A stretch of 61,808 nucleotides of DNA, the filler included, from Choristocarpus tenellus KU-1152 (Eukaryota; Protista; Phaeophyceae), in NCBI GenBank assembly GCA_964200185.2. It is 10 parts of 10 records of this genome, joined end to end, with 100 filler letters (N's around TTAATTAATTAA, not from the genome) between each part and the next. Parts side by side here need not be neighbours in the genome. Positions count along the whole stretch, not along the records: positions 40,550 to 49,310 come from CAXNAD020004357.1; positions 49,411 to 57,099 come from CAXNAD020005750.1; 8 more parts are not named here. One strand, 5' to 3'. This document shows, piece after piece, positions 40,450 through 53,100 of the stretch (positions within the stretch are counted from its first letter, which is position 1; every line of letters starts with the position of its first letter). A model generated the notes under the pieces. It was not told where the DNA came from. It worked only from the letters and a program-made list of their open reading frames with translations, and ran no database searches. The position numbers and the translations under genes were made by a program.

Positions 40450-40549
40450 NNNNNNNNNNNNNNNNNNNNNNNNNNNNNNNNNNNNNNNNNNNNTTAATTA
40501 ATTAANNNNNNNNNNNNNNNNNNNNNNNNNNNNNNNNNNNNNNNNNNNN

Positions 40550-40586
40550 GGACAGTCTACACCCCCCCCCCCAGATACTTTGAGCT
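40550..40586 (+). mobile_element. TIR family A terminal fragment at contig start
   Basis: GGACAGTCTACACCCCCCCCCCCAGATACTTTGAGCT. Confidence 0.75.
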
Positions 40587-40599
40587 TGAAAACTTACTC

Positions 40600-42480
40600 C
40601 TTATCGTACCTACTGGTTCCCACTACTCCCACGACAAAAGCACATGAATTCCGATATGGCCTTTACAGTCTCTAGTTCCTGACTCCTGGGGTCCATCCAC
40701 CTACTCAATCCTCTATAGGTACGGAGCTCAGACTACTGTTCCCGAGCTGCTTCGTAACGCCTTTCTGAGTAGAAAGCGCAACCAATCCTCTAGCGTGTAA
40801 GGCTGCAAGTCACTCAAATACATCATTTCCCTTTCCCAATCCATGGGCTGTTCCTGCCAATGGGCATGTGGACAAGAGTGTTGGAACTTAGATTGGATCT
40901 CACCCCTATCCCATCTAGATATGCCGAGTGCCAACGCTTCTAACAAATCCCTTCAATCCCGCTGATTTACCTTCTGGGAACGCAATTGTCATAATCTCAG
41001 TATCAATCTTTCACCTGATCACTACTTGTATGGTATACATACCTGTTAGCATTTTAGCTGAAAGAACGGGAGGTTAATCTCCTTTCCTAGGGCCTAGTCG
41101 AATATGGTCAGACACTACGGAATTAGTCCCAATTGAAATCTCCTCCCATCCTGGAACCATTGGATCTCTACAAAAATATCGTCATCAATATACATCCTAG
41201 CAAATAAAGTGTCATCTACCCCCCCCCCCTACCACTTCTTGGATCTTCCATATCTGATCCAACTCACAATCCCTCCTTGTGACGTTCTGTAAGGACTGTT
41301 TCACACCTGCAGTCATTTTTCGGGCTTCAGGGATCACAACAGTAGATGAGGGACTTCTTTTGCAATGAGAAAATTCTAAGGCACTCACCATTAGGTCCCA
41401 CCATCCTGGACTACTCCTCCACATCTAAACTGAAGCCTGAAATCTACCACTGCAAACTACCAACGGTATACCCAAACTAGCCGCTCACTTTAGTCCAACC
41501 GGTACTTGATAAAAGGCATCCTTAACATCCATCTTGCTGATCATAATACTTGCCTTGGGCAACTTCTTCTGCAAACCCAATATATCTTTTGTAGTACAAC
41601 CACTAACACTATAGCACAATGTATAGGGGCGGCGGCTACAAATTCCGTATCTGCATTCACATTAGGTCCTTAACTATACTGCTGGTACGACAAATCATCA
41701 CCAATACTAACTTTGGAGAGTTCCTGGACAACACCTCCTGGGGACAACCGTAATCCTCGTATCTTTGCCGCGACCCTGGTCTTGGTATCCCTGCTGACAG
41801 ACGAGTGTACTGGGGCAACGTTGATGTCCAGAGGTCTCGTTAACTGACCCACCTCGGTATGAAATGGGTCCGTGTCCTCAGGGGTTCGTCTTCTGGGCTA
41901 ATATACATCTTGGTCTTCCCCCTCCCCCTTTCTCCTCCTCATCCTTTCTTGGCTTCCCCCTTTTCTCTCCTTTAAAGTGTTCAAACTTGCAGTACCGGTT
42001 GCATTTCATGAAGACCCAAAGTATCTGGGGGGGGGGGGTCTACACCAGGGTGTCCATTTGGGCCAAAATCACTCCAAATGGACAGCCGCCACTCTCCCAG
42101 ATACGTTGAACCTGATGTCCTCTTCCCTTACCCCATTCCTTTCTTCCTCTTTTTCTGTTTCCCTCTCTTCACCAGGGCCATTGTCCTCCATGTCTCTCCT
42201 TGCTTGCTCTATATCCTCCCGGGCTCGGTCAACTACCACTTCTGTCCGCTGATGACTCTCTTCCCTAGACCCCCTTAACCTCTTCAACTCCCACAGCTCT
42301 TCTCTTCTCCCTACTCCGTTTTCCTCTCTCTGATCTTCCAATAAGGCATCCCACAGGGGTGGAAGGATCAAAGTCTCCTGACTCCTGTGTTTTGCTATAC
42401 TAGTCGAATGATTGCTCGGAGGTTGGCTTGATGTTGCCCCTTCTTGTCCCCCTACTCCCTTAACTCATAACTTTCATTCT
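40600..42480 (-). pseudogene. Decayed DIRS/Ngaro-like (tyrosine-recombinase class) retrotransposon: gag-like region plus RT
   Basis: RT motifs in order: IMISKMDVKDAFYQVPV, WRSSPGWW, DDTLFARMYIDDDIFVEIQW, with many stops and frameshifts. Class assignment is from motif style; no intact recombinase was seen. Confidence 0.7.
42013..42112 (+). mobile_element. TIR family A, 100-bp internally deleted copy inserted in the retroelement
   Basis: TGAA|GACCCAAAGTATCTGGGG...CCCAGATACGTTGAACC|TGAT (TSD 3/4). Confidence 0.88.
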
Positions 42481-43080
42481 TCCTCCCAGCCACTCAGTTT
42501 TTAACTTTTCGTCTAGCCTCCTACTATTTTCTTCCATCCTTGCCAGAAGATCCAGATTATACGTATTTCTCCTTTTCGAACTCTCACACTAATAGATTTC
42601 TTCGTAACCTTTCCCTTTTGGGGTGAGTGTGAACACTTTTTGAACTTTTTTTGCGCGTGGGTTATTGACACACAGATACGAGAACCCCGAAACGAAATCC
42701 ATGTTCTATGTTTATCCCTTTTTCCCCTCACCTTTACCCGCTAGTCTACCCAAACAGCCCCCTTTCTGGCATAAACCCAGAAGGTACAACAGCCGCCAAA
42801 TGAAACCTCAAGGCAGACTTGCGGGACCTATGACCCACCTTGCTTTCCATTTATATATATTTGGAGTATAAATAACCACACCCAACCAAGCTAGGCTAAT
42901 GTGAACTATTTTGGGGTATTGTATATTGCGCCCGCATAAAGTACAGTAAGGTCGTTGTTGGGTTCTATCACTTGCAGCTATGTCTCCTTGCACTTGGTAC
43001 CCCATTTTCTGGCTACTCACACACTTCTTTTATGCGTTTTTCACAACATATTCATACTATTTCCAGCACATATAGGAGGG

Positions 43081-43128
43081 CCCATTTGGACGCCCCAGTG
43101 CAACCCCCCCCCCCAGATACTTTGACCC
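43081..43128 (+). mobile_element. TIR family A terminal fragment
   Basis: C-run followed by CAGATACTTTGACCC. Confidence 0.7.
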
Positions 43129-43449
43129 TTGCATTTCTGAAACGAAGCTTCCTCCTTTTTATACATATCATATATGTATATATATTACTGCAGGATAGTT
43201 TGGGATGGAATCTGTCATACTGAATGCTTTGTCGGGTTTCAGGTATTTTTGATTATAAATTTCAGAAGTCTACCTCCCCCCCCCCCCCTCACCCCCCTCC
43301 CCCCCCCACCCCAACACCCACCCCCACCCCCCCGCACCCCCCCCCNNNNNNNNNNTTGGGGGGTATTTTGTATATTTATTTTTTTTTTGTGTTTTTTGTT
43401 TTTTTTTTTTTAATTTTTCAAAGTCCCCCCCCCCCCCCCCCCCCCCCCC

Positions 43450-44290
43450 CGCCCCTCTGTACCTTCTTGACCTTTACGTACCTTGGCAGGCTGTTAGAGA
43501 TCAGCTCCATCTAGTTTCTGTACCGTACCTGTATTCTCAAGTTCGCATCCCCACTCCTAGCCGGAGATCAACCCATTGTTTGAACATTGTTCATGCACAC
43601 TCCTCGACATTACCTTACGTAATCTAGTAAGGGCTAGTCTGGATGGATTGCGTAAGGGCCAGGACATGTAATGGTCACGTGTTAGTCTAGATCAGTCTTG
43701 GTACCTCCAATTATTGGCTAGCAACACACTACTTGTATTACCGATACCAACCTCCCCTTGATTTTTTTAAGGTGGAGTCTGTAATACTTAATGCTTTGAC
43801 AAGGTTTCTGTTGGTTTTGATTTGGAGTTTCATAAGTCTATCCTTCCCCCCGCCTCCCCCCTCCCCCAGGCTCAATATTACCACTGTTGATATAATCACA
43901 TTTATTTGCTTGGAGTATTTAATCCAAAACAAGCCACTACCCTCTAGTCTTTGACAAAAGGGAAATACCCATCATCTGACCAAGGCATACCTTTAAAGCG
44001 ACTGTCCTTGAGATACATCTCAAAGTCTCTTGCATATGCCCCCCCCCGCCCCCTGCATGTTCTTGAACTCCTCTTACCTTGAAAGGCTGTTGGAGATCAC
44101 CTCCATCCAACATCTATGTTAAACCTGTATTCTCACGTCCACCTTCCCGCCCCTAGTCAGGGATCAATCCATAGTTCAAACATTGTCCATGCACCCTCCT
44201 CATTATTGCCTTGCGAAATCTGGTAGGGACTAGTCTGGACGGGTTCCGTAAGGACTACAACATGTATTGTGCATTATTGACCTGGATTAG
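43450..44290. repeat. Diverged direct repeat pair of about 245 bp (43450-43695 and 44047-44290)
   Basis: Collinear blocks GGCTGTTRGAGATCA, ACCTGTATTCTCA, AACATTGTYCATGCAC, CTAGTCTGGA, CGTAAGG. Confidence 0.8.
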
Positions 44291-45488
44291 TCGTAGCTGC
44301 TTGTGAGTTGACTCGGGTGTGAGACCTTCAGAGTAGTTACATTATGTACTTAGGATCAGCAAAGTGTGCATTTTTTCTTTTGTTTTTGAGATGTTTCAGG
44401 GCTCACCTAAACAAATTACATCTCCCTAGACACTTCTATGTCAATAAAATACAACTATATATAATTTTTTATGAGGGGAATGTATTATATTATTCCTTAA
44501 TGTTCCTTTCAATTGAGCACATCTATTTCCACTCCTTGTGCAACTCGAACTGTGGAGACATTCATGCCATACCATTGTATCTAATTCACCCCACTACTAT
44601 GACCTGAATCTCCCCCCTCCCCCCCCGGCCTTTTTATTGACTTAACTTGAAGTGATTATCCTACTGTTGGGCACTATCTTTTTGTTTATCACTTTCCTCC
44701 ACTGTACCAACTTGTTCCTAATCGTAGAAAGGATGCCCACAAAAACTTCCTTCAACGGTCATACATTATAGTCCCTCTCCTTACCCCCCCTTTTTCTTTC
44801 CTCTTTTTATACAATCTAAAGCCCTCAAATGTAACCTCTCCCATCTTAAGCAGTAGTCCTTTATTCATGCAGTTATCCCACATTTGTACACAGGGTGGTG
44901 TAGGAGATGGTTATTCATTCCCCTGCCCCCCTCTTTATATTAGTGTGGCCTTTACATTTATATTTTTGTTACGTTCTCGCCTAGTCCATTTTTTTTCAAC
45001 TCCCTTGCCCTGTGCCCCCAGCCAACCAGAATTCTTCCGCCCAAAAAACTCAGATTACTTCATAAACTTGCAGCTTGGTACAAAAATACATCTGTTGAGC
45101 ATCTGTCCGAGAAATTGGAACGATCCAGATTTGTTCCTCGTCATGGTCAAATGGCATCATCACTATGCCCTACAATGATTTACGAGTGATACCAGAAATT
45201 GTATCGACTCAGGTTTGTTCCGTGTCCTGGCTACATGGCATCATCGCTGTACCCTACAATACTTGATTGCAATAGTAGGAGTTTGTCTGTTGTCAGTAAG
45301 AACGTCATCTGGAATGTTGCAGTTGGTAAAAATACTTAACTTCAATTCAAGGTTTTGGAATCCAAACTCAATTTCACTTGCAGCAATCTGAACTTGCTCA
45401 AAGTAACACCTCAAACTGATGGAATTGTCCCCACCACCCCAACCCGACACCCAAATACGAATCTTCTTTCTGATAGGAACAACAATCT

Positions 45489-46556
45489 ATGAATGCTTGG
45501 GCGCAACTTGAGCGTTGGAAATGGACCAATGATACCATGCTTAAAGATCGATGCCTGAAAGCTCTTACAATTGTTGCGCAAGGAGGATGGCTCCGTTCAA
45601 AGCAAGTCGGACACCTGCAGTTAGCATCTTTGGAAGTGTGCAAAGGTTGCCGAGATACGCTGGTGTTCCATGTGCGAATCTTGAGCAACACACGCGCCCA
45701 GCTTCTCGAGCAAGTTTGTCCTCTGGCACGTAAGCAAAGTTCCTGTGCGTCAAGGGTACCATCACTTCGTGTTCACGGGATAACCTGGGGACTCGAACAA
45801 TTGCCCCAAAAGAAAAGAGAAGGCCAAGCATGCCATATCACAACGTGGCCGAGAGATCTAAGATTCTTAACCTTTGAATATAATTTTGATGGGGACTTGC
45901 AAGGGGTTGAATGGTCGGCAAGGATTGAGCGTATAACCTTGGGATACCGTTTCAACCAGTCAATTGAAGGAGTGGTATGGCCAAAAGGGCTAAGGCAGTT
46001 GACCTTTGGGGACGAATTCGACAAGCAAATCGACAGGGTGATATGGCCTGCAGGTCTTAAGCACCTGACCTTCGGATATCGTTTCAACCAGACAGTTCAC
46101 AGCGTGTTATGGCCCAAAGGACTGAAGCAGCTGACATTTGGGCACAGCTTCAACCAGGCGATAAATCTAGTGCAATGGCCGTGCGGAATGCGGCAATTGG
46201 AATTTGGACATATGTTCGACCAGTCAATATCGGGCGTGCAATGGCCAGCGGGGCTGGAGCAATTGACCTTTGGACACAGATTCAATCACTCTTTGGACGA
46301 GACCTTGTGGCCTCCAAGTCTGCACCATCTGACATTCGGATTCTACTTCAACCAACCAGTGGACAGAGGGACCTGGCCGAGCGAGTTGAAGCAGCTGAGG
46401 TTTTATCGTGGCCTCAACCATATGGTGGAACCGGTGATGTCGTTGGCAAGAGGATCCCCGCTACTGGTCTTCCAAGACGGTATCAAGAGGACGGTTAAGC
46501 AGGTGGAATTTCCCTTAGGGTTCATGTTGTCTGTCTTCAAAAGTGAGCTTGGTTAA
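45489..46556 (+). CDS. Intronless FNIP-type leucine-rich repeat protein, 355 aa
   Basis: Longest ORF in the window; 8-9 tandem 22-aa units LxxLTFGxxFNQxIxxVxWPxG after a non-repetitive N-terminus of about 120 aa. Confidence 0.9.
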   Translation: MNAWAQLERWKWTNDTMLKDRCLKALTIVAQGGWLRSKQVGHLQLASLEVCKGCRDTLVFHVRILSNTRAQLLEQVCPLARKQSSCASRVPSLRVHGITWGLEQLPQKKREGQACHITTWPRDLRFLTFEYNFDGDLQGVEWSARIERITLGYRFNQSIEGVVWPKGLRQLTFGDEFDKQIDRVIWPAGLKHLTFGYRFNQTVHSVLWPKGLKQLTFGHSFNQAINLVQWPCGMRQLEFGHMFDQSISGVQWPAGLEQLTFGHRFNHSLDETLWPPSLHHLTFGFYFNQPVDRGTWPSELKQLRFYRGLNHMVEPVMSLARGSPLLVFQDGIKRTVKQVEFPLGFMLSVFKSELG

Positions 46557-49219
46557 TGGGGGCGAAGATAGGAGGAGTGTGATGCCTTGGCTTGAAACTC
46601 ATGTTAATCAGAAGCTTGGTCAGAGGTACATAGTCCTTGGAGTTCTTGAATGATGATATATTTAATGATAGGTGGTACACGCACGATTAGATATGTAGTG
46701 AACGCTGATCATTGCAGAGGTCGACTGTCTATGTTCATTATAACTGGTTGTGTCTACCTCTCGCGACTCTGCCTTAGACGTGATTTATTATAGATGCCAC
46801 TTGATGTGTTCGGAGAGGGTGAGGGTACTTCTACAGGGCTCGTTTTGAGAACGAAAACCCGGAAGGCAAGAGTATTTAAATTCCTTGTTTTCAGGGAGGG
46901 TTGGCGCCAATTTAGTCAATGCCCCCCCTAATACTGGTTTTGCCTTATGTAAAAACTTGATGCTCATGTTATTCCACTTTGGTATTGAGTTCTTTGTTGC
47001 GACACATTCGTAGAAGATGGCTCAATCCTGTGTACTGAAATATATAGGGTTCCTCCCTGAAAAACTTCTCTGATTAACAATGTTAATGGTCATTTAGAAA
47101 ATAATATTGTACCCTGTACATGATAGAGATTTGATTGGTGTATGTGGTGTGTCTCTTGATTGGATATAGAGTATGATGATCCACCCCTTAAGTTTTGAGC
47201 ATAGAATATGACTGTATTTATTTTCTTCCTTGTGAAAGAGGAGCTCCTTAGCCAACAAATAACATGTGGTGAAAGCAGTAGGAATGCATATTATTGTGCC
47301 CCACTGGTATTTTTCGGATATGCATGGGGAGGAAAAAAATCAGAACCAAGACTACAAAACTTTTATACAAAAGTGGTCACTTTGAAAGATTTATAAAAAA
47401 ACAAACTGAACCATGCACGAGGTACCCTGAGAGGCTGTTGCTCCCTATGAACCAATAACAACAAAATCTTTCCAATATTTTGCTCACACACGTAGAAGAG
47501 TGTAAATATTGCAGATGTAGCAGATGAGATAAAACACATAATTCAACGCTTCATTTATACAAGAGTGATGGTTTTCAAAACCCTCTTTGTAAAAAATAAA
47601 CTAACCTTTAACAAGGTCTTCTTGGAGACTGTTCCTCACCCAAAAAAATTATATCCTGCATCACTCCCTCACTCGATATATATATATATATATATATTGC
47701 TTCCATGACAAGGGATGGTCACCCCGCCAATTTGTTATGGTCTGACACCGTCCGGTTATATTACCAGAGGATTGAAGGAACGACTTCGAAGTAGAGGAGT
47801 TCTACTTTTGTTTTTCGTTTTTGAAACGGGTTTTTTGTACCCTACTAGGAATGCTTTTCTATTTGTGAGGTGCTCATATCTAGTCCTTGCTGCTTTGACC
47901 TTCACAAACATTTATTTTATCTTTCACACAGACATAGTGTGTATTATCTATGTGCGTGTATGTTTTTTTTTGCTCCACCAACGATACTTTGCAGATGTTG
48001 TTGAGGAAGGAACAAGAAGAAACATACAAGTAGTGTAAGACAATGAATGTGCATCGTCGCATAACAACGAATACGCCCCTCAAGAAAGAACACATCAATG
48101 ATATCAGTATATTACGAAGTACATAATGCCACGTTAGGTTCCGAAATCCACTCTACTACAGATACTATTTTTGACCATAATATTAGTAGTAGTATCTATT
48201 GATATATCATTATTGACAACACGGAAACAAATGCAAATAACAATACTATTGACCGAGTCTGATCGAGTACTGCAATCCTCATTGTCATCTCCTCTCAAGG
48301 TTGTTCTTCACCTTTCTTCATAGTCAACGACAACCTCAGAACAAAGAAATTAATACTTACTACAACGTAGTATTTGCAATACTTATCCTAGTTTTTAAGG
48401 GAGCATTAGCTGTTTGGTACTTCTTCGGAATAAAATGGTCAGTTAATGATCCTACAAAATATCGAGGATCACATATATGCTGCTCTCCCTCTTCAGCGTG
48501 TTTTGTGTGCAGACTTGCTTGTATTTCATCTGGATGGAGTACACCACCATCATCAGTAGTACTACTAGTAATCCACCAACGAAGATTTCCTCCAAGGCAC
48601 ATATTGGAATCCCAAAGATGAGCAAGCCCACATACTCCTAACCCTAGCCCAAACCCTTACCCTGATTATGAACCCGTGGGTCACCCAATGAAAACATCAC
48701 AGCGATCATGCACATCAGACATACATCACACAAGAAGTTGCGTAATATCCAGGAAGCATGGGCCAGAGTATATCAATATATTCTTTCATCATCACAACAT
48801 TTGACTTGAAACTACTTTGCATATGTGACACATCCGTAGGACTGGTGTCCCCACCCTGTCTTTCTCCAGCCACAGATCCAGTCACCTCTTTCTCCCCTCC
48901 ATCTGAGAAGTTCATGTTCCGGGTGCCACTCTCAACCTCCTTGTCAGAAGCACTATCGCAATGGGCCCTGCACCCCACAACTCTGTGACCCCCGTTGGTT
49001 ATTTCCATTCACTCTACATCCCATTCGGTACTAATCAAGAAAACTACATGGATGGGCCATGCACTGCCCCGAATGGGTTCAAACCATTTCCTCCTTCCTC
49101 TACAACTGTACATCCCCCCTCATACAAGTTGTTTGCCTAGGGACTTTGGTAATATCCATGCACAGGTCAAACTCCTCACCATGACTAGCTGCAATTGCTT
49201 TGTGTCTTTATGTACAGGA

Positions 49220-49310
49220 GGCTCAAAGTATCTGGGGGGGGGTGGTGGCTGACCATTTGGGGTCAATTTTTTCATGTCGCGACTTTTGCGTGATTTGGTC
49301 TCATACGCCG
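49220..49310 (-). mobile_element. TIR family A, partial, at contig end
   Basis: GGCTCAAAGTATCTGGGGGGGGGTGGTGGCTGACCATTTGGGGTCAATTTTTTCATGTCGCG. Confidence 0.88.
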
Positions 49311-49455
49311 NNNNNNNNNNNNNNNNNNNNNNNNNNNNNNNNNNNNNNNNNNNNTTAATTAATTAANNNNNNNNNNNNNNNNNNNNNNNNNNNNNNNNNN
49401 NNNNNNNNNNGCTACCGACTCGCAGCAACTCAGGGGGTCGTAGCAGCGTTAGAGT

Positions 49456-49635
49456 GGGGCGGGGGGAGGGGGGGAAGGGGGTCTACCCCAGGGTGTCCAT
49501 TTGGGGCATAACCAGGAAAAGTGCATTTACATTATCCATCCCACGTATGCAACCAAGTCACCCCAAAATCGCGATATGAGGAAATTGACCCCAAATGGAC
49601 AGTTGCCACCCCTACCCTCCCAGATACTTCGAGCC
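49456..49635 (+). mobile_element. TIR family A, near full length, left terminus missing
   Basis: GGTCTACCCCAGGGTGTCCATTTGG...CCAAATGGACAG...CCAGATACTTCGAGCC. Confidence 0.88.
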
Positions 49636-50183
49636 GGATGTTTTTCATGGCTGCTTTTAATGTGGATCGTGCTTGACAAGAATGAGCATGACTAAATTAT
49701 GACAAGATACATTTAAGTGTTAGGGGTGCTAATGCCATGAATCCTTGGCAAACATTTAGGGTTGTGGGTAGGGATTGCACTCACTGTAGTGGCATCATCA
49801 ACTCTACTAAGGGTTGATGTGCGTTCTCATTTAGTACAGTATCGATTTTTTCATATTTTCTGGTATTCATCCTATCGATATGCTCATACAACGACCCTGC
49901 TATTGCCCCCTCTCCCCTCTGCACCCCTTTCATTTCCCAACCTTACCCCATACCCGCTTCAACTCGATGTGCTCCTTCCTTTTCTTGGTCCACTTCCACC
50001 ATATAACCAACTCTAACTAACTCAATCCACACCCTTGATTTAGACGCAAATCCCTGTGTTTTCTAATGGCTCTCTCTGCTTATGCGACTTGTACGCCATT
50101 TGTGGTTCTTCAATGTATCCTTCTTCCCGCCCGCCCTTCCCCTCCCCCTGTTCTTCGTCACATTTTTTCATTTGCAAAATTAG

Positions 50184-53100
50184 TTCCCTTCCATCACCAA
50201 CATCTCCTACCCTGCTTCATACCAAAAGTTCCTGTCAGCGATCAACGTCGTCAACCTCAATCTTGGGTCCATAATCTCCGCCTCTTGCTTGTTTGAGGGG
50301 ATCAATTTCTACCACCGGCTCCTGTTCGTGACACTCTCACCCATTGCCTTGGTCACTATGTTGATGGTCACCTATGGCTTCGCCAGGCGCTCTTTGAAGC
50401 ATAGAGATTCGGAAACAAGTCGAGAGGATCTTAACTCAACATTCTCACGTCATGTTGCCTTTGGACTCCTGCTCACTTTCCTGGTGGGATAATTGCGGAT
50501 AGGACTGAAAGTAATATAAATATTTCCTTGAGATACCTTGAAAACCTTGCCTTTGTTGGAATTCAGTTTATTGAAAGAATGTGACCTGATTAAATAAGGT
50601 ACTTTGAAGTACTCATCTACGGTGTTGATTCATATTACTAAGTCGATGTTGTACTAACATGCAAAGACCTTGTGTTGACGGGAAAATTGTTGTGTTTCCA
50701 CCTCTGTACTAGTGTTTTTTCCTGTGTTCTATAAAGTGATGTTATACATTACTACTCTGACTGTGTTCTATACTCCGAAGAAATTATTTTCATTCTCGCT
50801 CGCGTTGTTGCACTGTTTTTTCCATTGGCGTGGTTCTGTGGGGTTGTATCTGTTACGAAGCACATTTTCCTGTGGCACATTTAGGGAAGAGGTTGTACTT
50901 TTCGTTAGGTTCAATGGATCAATGAAGAATTTAAAGAATGGTGTTGTGGCATGTGATACAGCCTATAAGAGACTTAGAAGCACCAGTCATCCATTGTTGT
51001 TTGCATGGATATTGAGAAACGCCCTTAAATTAGACCTAACATTGAGAGCAATTGAGTCGAGTCAATCGCAACACTTAAGACCTACCACTCGTAGATAGCA
51101 TTATTTTCGATTAGACAACCGAAGATTGTGTACCATGCGAGGAGTGTGATATGGGACGTCCCATATTTGCGAAATTCACCTAGACACTTGCTGCGTTCTT
51201 ACACCAAATAATTACGTGTAACACCTGACAATGGCATCAACTACATTTGCAAAAGCACCGATTTTTTGGACGTCTTGAATTGTTCATTCGCGTTCACCGT
51301 TGGAATGATTCTTTGATTTTTTTTCAGGTGTTTAGTTCCGTCTCTACCACAGTGTTTCAGACTTTTGCCTGTGAGCGCTTTGAAGAATTGGGCGCATGGT
51401 ACCTGAGGGCCGATTATAGCATCATGTGTGACACTCAGGAGTACAGCTTGTACAAGACTTACGCTGGCATCATGATTTTGGTGAGACTAGTGCTGACAGA
51501 TGACGTGGTTTCTCAGCCCCAACGTTCCTGTGAAACTACCCATCTACGAGTCTTGCAAACCCTAACCTTAATTCTGTGGTTTTTCCCTTACACGCACACA
51601 TGTATATTCGAGGAGGGTGGCAACTGAGAGGATACTGGGATGTACTGAATGTAGCAAATCAAATTGTGTGGTCCTTGTGTCGTAGTGTAGGTTAGGGTTA
51701 GGGTTAGGGTCGAGGTTGTGATCCAGGGTCAAGCTTAGGCTGCAATGAAAGTATAGGTTTACAGAGTACTTTTTTTATCATCAATTCCCAATTGTCAAGA
51801 CCCTTGCGAAAAAAAATTGAAGTGCAGGGGAGCTTTCTATCTCCGCCACTATCCATCCAGTCGAGCTTGTATTTTGGCGTAGCAAAGAGGAGAGGGGTTT
51901 TTCATTTTGCTTGCATTTTCTTCTGATGGCAGTAACAAACATTCACAACTTTATCTTCTATACTAGCGACAGCTACCACTACCATACGGGTTATAACAGT
52001 TGCCTGTGCATACTCTTCTGTTATTTCTATTATTGAACCCCCCCCCACTTCCCTTGGAAATATCACAAAACTTTCATGACAGGTGTACCCGATTGGTATC
52101 CCACTTCTGTACTTTGCGGTCCTTTGGAAACAGAGGGAAAAGCTAGATCCAAAGCCAGACAACACTATTCTTGAGGGTGCTGCTCCTGGGGGATCGGCAG
52201 AAGACATTAGCCAGAGGGCGCTGTGGCAACGAAAAAAACAGAAAGAGCAGATGACGGAATGGGAGCTGAAGGAGAGGGTGCGGATGCGAGGACAGGACCC
52301 AGATTTGACTCCCACGTTGTTCCTGTGGAAAGACTTCGGTGGGTGGATGATGAGTTTAGTCTGTATATGTGAATTTGGTGCTATATTTAACTTAGTCTGT
52401 TTTTCATGCCATCTCTCTGCGTCTACACGGGTCTAAAGGGTAGATAGTAGAGAACAAGAAATTAGAGGCGACATAAAAATGTTGGGACCACCTTCTTAAG
52501 GTGTTTGGAACTCTTGCTTCCTTGATCTTGCTATTCTTTTCCCTGGAGCTAGAATTTGATGTGTTGGAAGTTCCTCCCATGGTACAGAATTGACAAGATT
52601 TTTGTGGAGGGACCTCCAATAGCGTGAATCACGTCTTAGGATGGATAGATTTCTTCTTTGTGAAGGGAGTACCAGCTGGACGTTGTGTGGACTCAGCATT
52701 CGATTTACATTTGTGTGGGGATAGTAAGATAAAAGAGCCTGATTAGGTGAAGTCCTTACCAGTCTTGTTTGCCCCATTCATCTGGGCATTTTTTTCTGAC
52801 ATTGGGGTTCAGGGATTGTAAAGGGATAGTTCGCTTCCTATTGTTCCTTGCCCACGCCACCTCCTAACCTTCTTGTCTATGGTTCTGTACTCTATTGGAC
52901 CGGTAATTTACAACAAGTTACAACAACATGATCAACATTGTGATGATGATGACGGTCAGGACAAGGTTTGGGTTAGGGTAGTAACGTTTGATGGATAAGG
53001 GTTAGGGGGAACAAGAACTACTATGACAACCCACATTACAGAACGAATAGAATAACCCTTCATAGGAAAACCCTGACAATTGGATTAATCTACCCCCTAA

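Noticed and set aside
45489-46556. Endogenous giant virus segment
   Set aside because: An FNIP gene alone is insufficient; no capsid, polymerase, packaging ATPase or gene-dense intronless block is present.
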